Assembly (NCBI GenBank): GCA_008632985.1
Contig: QPGO01000054.1
Span: forward strand, 405,050-450,680
Direction: 5' to 3'
Length of the DNA: 45,631 nucleotides
Origin: Psammoneis japonica
Taxonomy: Eukaryota
Shown here: in pieces, positions 38,401-45,631 of the stretch
How positions within the stretch are numbered: position 1 is the stretch's first letter
Layout: each line of letters begins with the position of its first letter
Notes under the pieces: generated by a model
Databases searched by the model: none
Told to the model about the DNA's origin: nothing
Seen by the model: the letters and a program-made list of their open reading frames with translations, nothing else
Program-made: the position numbers and the translations under genes

Positions 38401-39218
38401 ATGGCAGGAAGGCGCTCAGGAGTGACGGCAGCAACAGGAAGCGCAGAGGTGAGCTTGGAGTGGGCCGAGTGAAAGTTGTCTTCGTCGGCGCAGACTTGAG
38501 CGGAGTGGCAATAGGTGGAAGCAGAAAAGTCGGGGGAAGATGGGGAGAGGCGTGGCGCATGGGAGCAGGCTTCGTGGCAGAGTTGGTGAATGCAGCCACG
38601 GCGGAAGAGGGACAAGCGGGAGGCAATGGCGGGCCAAACTTGGAGCGTGGCGGACAGGAGCAAGAATGAGAGCTTCAAAGAGTAAGAGCAGCTTCCAGAA
38701 GGGAGCGAGTCACGTTGCCACGTAGGAATGAGGTGGGAGGGGTCAGAGAGAGGCTGGGAGGCGGCCAGCACCCAGCTTGTCACATGATGAAGAGCAGAGT
38801 AGAGTTCCTTACGGGCGGAGGATGAGAGCTTGCGGCGGCAGGAAGCTCGGAAAGGTGGAGGCTCGAGTGCAAGAGCATGGAGCCATTGTAGCGAGGGGCC
38901 CCAGTCACCTAGATTGTGGAAGGACGAGAGAACAATGTCAGTGTCAAGGGAAGAGCGAGGAGCGAAGTGCTTGTTCTGCAAGTGATTGCGAAGGTGGGTG
39001 GTAGACAGGCAGGTGTGTTGGCCATGATTGCAATGCCTGCAGACATGTAAACCAGCGGCATCGAAGAAGGACGTAGGCACATGAGAAAGCGAGAGGCGGG
39101 GATGCTCCTGGCGAAGATGGCTGCGTGTAGAAGTAGGAAGGGATGATGCATCAATGGAAGGAGGGGACCAGGAGCAGAAGGGGCAAGTTGGCGGGGCACG
39201 GGCTTCGGTGGGTTCCAC
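35500..39218 (-). pseudogene. Retrotransposon pol (ZnF-RT-Zn knuckle-RLE), frameshifted
   Basis: The 1048-aa ORF 36072-39218 plus ORF 35500-36144 carry the motifs above, with several frame breaks. Confidence 0.85.
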
Positions 39219-40864
39219 GAGGCGATGAGATCGCGGAGGGAGTTGACATCAGGGGCTGCAGCCCGGATGGCTTCTTCATAGAAAGGTTGCCAGGTAGAAA
39301 GGCGGGCGGGCAGTAGCACCTGCGAAGGCATCAAGGACATCCAAGAGTTCCATCTCGCGCTGGGACTGCTGGGGAGAAACCGAGTCATCAGATTCGGTCT
39401 GCACAATTGCATCGGGAGCGGTGGGGGGCGGAGAGGTCTGCAAAACTACGGCAGGAATGGCGGGGGGCGGAGAGAGAGCATCGGGAGAAGAGTGGGGACG
39501 TTTGGAGGGAGGAGGCTCGGTGGTGAGGGAGCGGGCTTGGGGAGGATGGGAGGAAGGAGATGCAGCAGCAGGGAGCGGATCTTGGGGCTTGGGGAGCTGC
39601 CAGTCTTGAGCAAGCAGCTCAAGGGCACGACACGAGAAAGAATCTCGAGAGGGAGCGGGCGGCTGAAGAGCAGCAGAGGCGTAGGATGGGGAAGTCATGC
39701 TGTCGTCATGGGTAGATTCCGCCACAGAGGCAAGGAGATCCAAGGGAAAGCCGGGACAGTATGTGGGTTGGCATCCACAAGAGCAATTGTGCACGGAGAC
39801 GGGAAAAAGAGCAGCTTGCACTTGATTGGGAGGGAGTCATGAGCAGAGAAGATGGGGATGAGGGAGCGAAGATTGGTTGCAGCAAGGAGACGACTGATGC
39901 CAGGTTGGGTGAGAGGAAGAAGAAGACGGTCAGAGACAACCACTTTCATGTTGCTCTGACGCGAAATGAGCTCGGAGAGGGCGTTGCAGGTGGGAGCAAA
40001 GTTGGCCGGGGCTGGGAAGGGAATGATGGTGGCAGAGGTCCCCAGGATGGAGAAGGAGGCAGGTGGCGCATTGGATGGATTAGTGACATGAAGTGGGGTG
40101 TTCCAGACGGCATCGGAGGCAGTGGAAATGTAAAAAACCGGAAGAGAGCGGCGTCGCGCCTGGGCCGAGTTAGCGGGGCATTGCGAAGGACGAATTCCAA
40201 CGAGATTGAGAAAGGCAGGACAGTCTCAGAAGGATTGAAGGATGGGATTGGTCGCAGTGCTGGAGATCTTGCCAACAAGGAAGGAATAAAGGCGGGATAG
40301 AAGAAACTCAGAAGTGCATCGAGAAGAACCGCAGAGGGTTGGAGAGGGGCCAGCAAGGACACCATGAGCCTTTTCTTCGAAAGAGTTGCAGGCCGGGATC
40401 ACAAAGGTGCAGTGCCGAGCCCAGGATTGTCCACAGCCGAAACCGGAGAGAAGTCAGGGTGGAGAAAATTGGAAGGGGAGCCAGCGGAGCGGAAGGGGGT
40501 GAAGTGCGATGCAGGGTGCAGATGCCATTTCTGAAGGAGAAAAGAGAGCGCTTGGCTTCGGAAGGATTCGAAGGAAAAGGTGGTGCCGTCGGGGGTCACC
40601 GGGTGAAGAGCAACGTGAAAGCAGGACGCCCACTGATTCTGGTGAGGACAGGAGCGCTTCTTAGTTTCGGCAAGCATCACAGAGCCAAGAGTGAGGAGGA
40701 GCGGAGAGACGCGCCGGCTGTGATGCTCCAGCGTCTTAAGAATGATGTCGCGAATGACATCAGACGTGAGAGCAACAGCAGGCACGTCAGGCAGGTCAGT
40801 AGGATGAAGGACCTGAGCTAAAAGCTTAACATCAGCAGGAGGAGCGGAGGCGAGAGTAGACATG
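39219..40864 (-). pseudogene. Upstream coding region of the retrotransposon (ORF1 or N-terminal part of one long ORF), disrupted
   Basis: Successive minus-strand ORF pieces 40399-40917, 39946-40365 and 39276-39821 starting MSTLASAPPADVKLL. A single base insertion near 39195 would join this region to the zinc-finger region. Confidence 0.55.
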
Positions 40865-41635
40865 ATCAAGCGAGAAGAGGGAGTTGCAGAGAGTCGTTGT
40901 TGTGTGCGAATCGCCAAAAAACAGCGACAAGGTCACAGAACGTGTAGAAAGATAGGAGGAGGGAAGGTGAGGGCATGACGTGGGCAATCGTACACGAATG
41001 ATCGTAGAGGATGCATAGAAACATAGGGAGGAAGGCACAAGCAGAAGCGCGAAGGGAGTCATGGAAGAGAAAGGGGCAGTAGAGAGGGCCGAAGGGTAGG
41101 GGAAGCTGTAGAGGAGTACGGAAGCAATCGTGTTCGAAGGGGCGTAGAAAGGCATGTGGAACGATAGGAGAGGAGTCATAACTAAAGGCGCGAAGGGAGT
41201 CATGGGAGGAAGGGGGGCAATTGAAGGGATTGCTGGAGGAGGAAATGGGGAAGAGGTCAGGGAGCAGAGAGGGGCCATAGGGAAAAGAAACGAACAAGGC
41301 AGAGAGGGAGAGAGGGCATAAGGAAGAGCAGAAAGGGAAATGGCAGGGGGCAGTTGTTGGGATGAAGAAAGGGAGTGAGGAAAAGTGAAAGGGCAATGGA
41401 ATGAGCAGTTGGAAGGGCAATTGGCAATCGTGGAAACTGGGGGCCAGTAGAAGGGGCGTAGAAATGTACAGGCGAAAGGAGCGAAGGGAGTGACCGAAAG
41501 GGAATGAAGAAAGGAGACGATGGCAAAGGCAAGAACGGTAGGGAAAAGGATCCGCAAAAAGAAGGATGGCCATGGCGGAGGGTCGGGAGGCCACTTCGGG
41601 AGGTGTAGCAAAGAGCTACTGCATCCATCATGGGA

Positions 41636-41735
41636 NNNNNNNNNNNNNNNNNNNNNNNNNNNNNNNNNNNNNNNNNNNNNNNNNNNNNNNNNNNNNNNNN
41701 NNNNNNNNNNNNNNNNNNNNNNNNNNNNNNNNNNN
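41636..41735. other. Assembly gap (100 N)
   Basis: Run of N; true length and adjacency across it are unknown. Confidence 0.99.
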
Positions 41736-42325
41736 ATGTAGAGTAGTCACCGTACGTGCCGGTACGCGCAAAGTGCAAGCCCGATGCCCTGCCACAAAGC
41801 AACTGCTGTACAACATGGACCGACTGCTGCATTGCATGGCAGACAGAGGAGCCGCCATGGTTTGATCGATCTGGCAATGCTTTTCTTGTGGCAGAAAAGC
41901 TGCCATCATGACTTGACTTCTGAAGCACTGAAGTGGAGACCGCCACGTGACTGCCCATGGTCCCGTGGTCCCATGGGATGTGCTGGGTGTGGGCGATGTG
42001 TTGTGACATCACATGCGTTGAGTCGGATGTGCTCATGTTCTTGTGAATGTGCACATGTCGTCAAGTAAAAACTCCCATCCCATGGTGCCCACAAATCTGG
42101 AGTTGCCTGGAACCGAACAGCCAAAGACACTTTTTCGGCCATTTCCACACCACGAAAAAAGCACGCGTCAACTCCACTCGACCATGTTGATGTCTCACGA
42201 TTCTTCCCCAATGCCTTTGCAGCAGGACACCATTCTTGCTGACACTGTTGCAAATGACACTGGCACAACAGGCAGCATCATTGCTTCTGTTCTGAACGGC
42301 CTCATGCGTGCAAAACGAGATGCCA

Positions 42326-42612
42326 CCAACTCACGCTGTTGTTTCCTCACCAAACCGCCTCCCACAGACACTGTCACAAATGCCAGTGCTGCACCTGCAT
42401 TGGGGTCCACCGGCATGCCCAATGCTGTTGCTCATGCCATTGCTGTCACCGGCACTGTTGACAACATGTCATTGACTTGTGCCAATGACATCTGCAATTA
42501 AATGACGCCAACTCACACTGTTGTTTCCTCGCCAAACCGCCTCCCACAGATGCTGTCACAAATGCCAATGCTGCACCTGCGTTGGGGTCCATGGGCATGC
42601 CCAATGCTGTTG
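42326..42612 (+). repeat. 105-bp direct repeat pair (42326-42430, 42508-42612), partial third copy near 42700
   Basis: Direct alignment shows six differing sites. Confidence 0.9.
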
Positions 42613-42779
42613 TGCTGTTGATGCTGCCACTTTGTTGTGCCAACAACATCCACAATTGAGTGGTGCCAACAACTGACGCTGCTTTCCATTCTTGCCCCAC
42701 CACCTCCCACAGATGCTGTCAATGCCAACCCTGCACTGCCAGTCAACGCCATCCACAATTCCTGTGTTGGCATCTCTGT

Positions 42780-43760
42780 TGATGTCTTTGGCAAGCACCC
42801 TCATGCTTGGCAGCAAAACATGGGGTGCAGCATCCTTGCATCAATGCAGAACCAAAACATCCATCCTTTCTTGCTTGTCTGACCCACTGGTGGTGGCAAA
42901 TCCCTTGTTCGTGACATTGTGGGGGTTTGTCTTCAAGGCATCATCCTTGCTGTCATCCCTCTGTTGTCCCTTGGTTTGGATCAGTGCCGCAAAACAATGC
43001 AATGAGCCAAACAAGGCCAGCAACACATGGACCTGTCTCAGCCTTTCATTTGGATGAGATTTCAAAGAATCCAACTCACATGCAAAGGTTCTTTGACTGG
43101 ATGTGGCAGCTTTCACCTTCAGTGCATGGCACGGTTTTCCTGTTTTGCTTGCCTCAGTTGACAGTTGCCAATGATGTGCTGCTGCAGCTCCTTCTTGGCA
43201 TTTTGCACAATGGTTTGCTTCGGATGATTGCCTTGGACACAAAATTCATCTTTTTGTGCCTGTCATTTTGGTCCAAATTCCAGGGCCTCCGTGATTGCTT
43301 TCTTTTGTGGGTGCACTCAATGCATTCCATTCCCTTGCTTCTCATGACAGCAACATGCAACACACCCAATTGTCTTGTCCACAGAGAATTTGATTGGGAG
43401 AAACATTGACCACTGCCATTGGCCATCACCTGATGACATGAGGCATCATCATGTGTCATTCTTGGTGACATTTGTGGTGATTGCCCATTCACAATTGTCT
43501 CCAACATGCTCTCTGCCTTGCTTGCAGCTGGTTCTGATGCAGACAAGTGCATTTTCTGCTCAAACCACTGAACCAAAATTGAGACGTTTCAGGCAAACTT
43601 GTCAACATGGTTGGATTGGAGCGACGCTTTCCATTTGTTTGACATTGTCTCTCTTGTTGGGACACTAACCAAGGAACAAAAGGCACATCACATTGCCGCC
43701 TTTGTTGATTCTCTCCATGCCAATTTGCCATTCCAGCCTTGCTTTCTCTGTGCTGCCAAT
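42780..43760 (+). pseudogene. Decayed RecQ-like SF2 helicase
   Basis: Q-motif VFGKHPHAWQ, LLV*PTGGGKS (42871-42903), GIILAVIPLLSLGLDQ, FLFCLPQ, LRMIALD/xIHLFV, SFWSKF, PLLLMTAT and LVGTLTKEQKAHHIAAF occur in the correct order. Confidence 0.75.
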
Positions 43761-43799
43761 GCTTTTGACAGTCTTCCGACAGGACCACGTCTTGCACAG

Positions 43800-45320
43800 A
43801 TTCTCCCGAGACACCTTGTTGTGTGCCAACACAGCTTTGACAATGTCAAACAGCTGAAGCAGACCAAGCATGACCTTGCCGGCACCTTTGCTTGTCGTCT
43901 CATCCTCACAGGAAACTGGAGGAATTAAGATGGACACATGTGGAGGTGTGCCACACCAAACCTGTGTTTCACGTGTCATTGGAAGAAATTGCAGGAGTGG
44001 CAGAATCCCTTTGCCGCTCAGTTGGGTGTGAGCTTTTGTTGGACCTGCATCTGATCAATGGATTCTACACCAGAGGTGGGCTGAAAAGAAAAAGCAGCGC
44101 CAACCCAAGGAACACAGTTTCGGTGCATGTGTGCCACAGTTGCAAGAGACACAATTGATGCATGCCGGGCTGCACGGGTGCCAGTTGAATCTGCAGCTTC
44201 CAGAAATGCATTGGAGGTTTGGAAGGCTGCAATCAATGCATCAGCACAAAGCAAAGCAGGGTTGGACTCACATGTGGGCATGCCGCATGGCAAAGGAATG
44301 CATTGGTTGACATGAGTGATGGAGTCAGGTGGAGAGATCACCATTGGACAAGATGCAAAGTTGGGCAAGGGGCTGGACATGCGGCTTGATGAACATTCAA
44401 GAGGTGGTCTTGGCGACATTGGAGGACTGGCGGTTGCACTGAAACTCAAGCAATTCCACCACCTCAAGAAGCATGAGAAATCAATGGACAGTTGGTGCCA
44501 TGAATGCAGAAACAAAACATGTGGAATGGCATGACAATGGGGCAAAGATGCACCTGAGAATTGTCAAATGTGGGTGCGCCAAAGGTTTCAGAAGCAATCA
44601 AGGACTTGTTTGCATTGTCCATGACAGTTGCACAGTTGGCAAACAAACGTGTCTTCTGCAATGGCGTTTGTTGTGTTGCCGCTTGTCCAAAACACACAGA
44701 AAGCTTTGATCTCGATGTCAAGCCCAATGATCCACACATGGCAGCAGTGTTGCGGCAGGACCATCATGCAAAAGAATGAGAATTTTGGATGTGCATGATG
44801 GACATGAAAACATGCAAAACAAACCAATCCCAAATGGGAAGGAGCTGTTGTTTGGTGGAAAGGTTTTTCTTTGCCTCGCAGCTCAACAAAGTGCTCAATG
44901 CAATGCAGTGGAATGGCATTGTTTTGCAAAACTGCCAAGTGATTGCCACAACAGCAGCCTGATCAAGAATTGGGGAGGTCAAAGCCATGAACCATCCAAA
45001 ACAGGAACAAATGGCAGTCTTGCATGAGCCCCTGACAAATGAAACAAAGTCATTTAACGTGGTGTTGCTTGTGCCAATGTCAAACAACTGCCGAGTCCAA
45101 TCTGCAGAAATGCCACCTTGTTTGCAATGGGCCAGCTGAGCACCCAGTTTGCTGTCCTTTAAAAGTGGGTCACACTCATTGTGGCAAAGGACATGAACAG
45201 CACGGCCATTGCCCCGCAGTTCCTGCACACACCGATTGAGCATTGCAGCATGATGGTTTGTGTTTTTCACTTTTCCCAGCAGCAAACGCATGTGGTTGTT
45301 GTGCGGGAGAGTGCAGCCCA
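43800..45320 (-). pseudogene. Decayed coding relic, possibly DUF6589-like
   Basis: Protein-like fragments TFDNSQ and IPPVSCEDETTSKGAGKVMLGLLQLFDIV. Family resemblance is from memory only. Confidence 0.3.
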
Positions 45321-45631
45321 CATGTGCAACGTTGCACAGGAGTGGAACATGTCACAGTGCTTGACCTCAAAAGACACAGATGCACTGCCCACCGGTGCAA
45401 CAACGACAGCACCACCGCCTTGGCGAGTGCAAAGGTGCTCCAGTTCTGTTGCAGTTGAGTCTTTTTCTTGCAGTTTCTTTTGGTGGGCCTGGCTGGAAAT
45501 GGTTGCTTCAATGATGAAGAAGAATTCCTTGCCAGTGCAAACAGCAATGGAGGGAGAGCCAGCACACATGGCAGTGAGCACGGGCTTCCACGTCAGTGCA
45601 AAAGTGTCATGGGAAGAAGAAATCAAAAGAA

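Larger units (their letters stand above)
35490..41635 (-). mobile_element. Non-LTR retrotransposon, RLE-type (CRE-clade-like), degenerate; 5' end runs into the gap
   Basis: Two N-terminal C2H2 fingers (CPFC..HLRQEH, CRHC..HLQNKH). RT motifs LRPIGVG, QFGIG, LDLVNMFN, GFAQGCPLGP, YIDD (about 37521-37532) and GVRFLG. CPC..DAYGDHAFSC knuckle. RLE motifs RPAD..AVDVTV..LPFTVDHLGGLG. Extreme purine skew on the + strand. Confidence 0.9.
41810..45631. repeat. Degenerate TpA- and CpG-depleted region
   Basis: About 7 TA dinucleotides in 3.8 kb by manual scan, TG/CA excess, Tyr-free Cys/His-rich spurious ORFs. Confidence 0.78.

Noticed and set aside
35490..41635. LTR retrotransposon or APE-type LINE
   Set aside because: No LTRs, integrase, protease or APE motifs seen. 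The RT is followed by a Zn knuckle and RLE motifs.

Overview
Eukaryotic genomic DNA, most consistent with a diatom (short GT-AG introns of about 70-100 bp, compact divergent/convergent genes, bipartite-looking presequences; taxon is inference). A gene-dense core (about 6.0-35.4 kb) encodes a Reeler-domain GPI-type surface protein, two paralogous FAD monooxygenases in inverted orientation around a bacterial-type 2,4-dienoyl-CoA reductase (fadH), NUP205 with an FG-repeat N-terminal extension, a TYW3 + Trm5-family fusion, an ankyrin protein, an actinobacterial-like conserved protein, DUF4188, PhyH and P4H-TPR oxygenases, and REXO4. A CRE-like (RT + restriction-like endonuclease) non-LTR retrotransposon occupies about 35.5-41.6 kb, followed by a 100-N gap. 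The main signal is in both flanks (1-5930 and about 41810-45631): TpA is almost absent and CpG is strongly depleted, with TpG/CpA in excess. The few surviving TpA are nearly all in TTA/TAA context, and the retrotransposon appears part-way through the same change (Tyr->Cys/His) with its CpGs intact. This points to a repeat-targeted TpA->TpG/CpA mutational process opposite in direction to fungal RIP. The second lead is that the TYW3 fusion partner has archaeal Trm5a/Taw22-type motifs. Many genes carry single-base deletions that are probably sequencing errors. All counts are manual and all family calls are by motif recognition, not database search.
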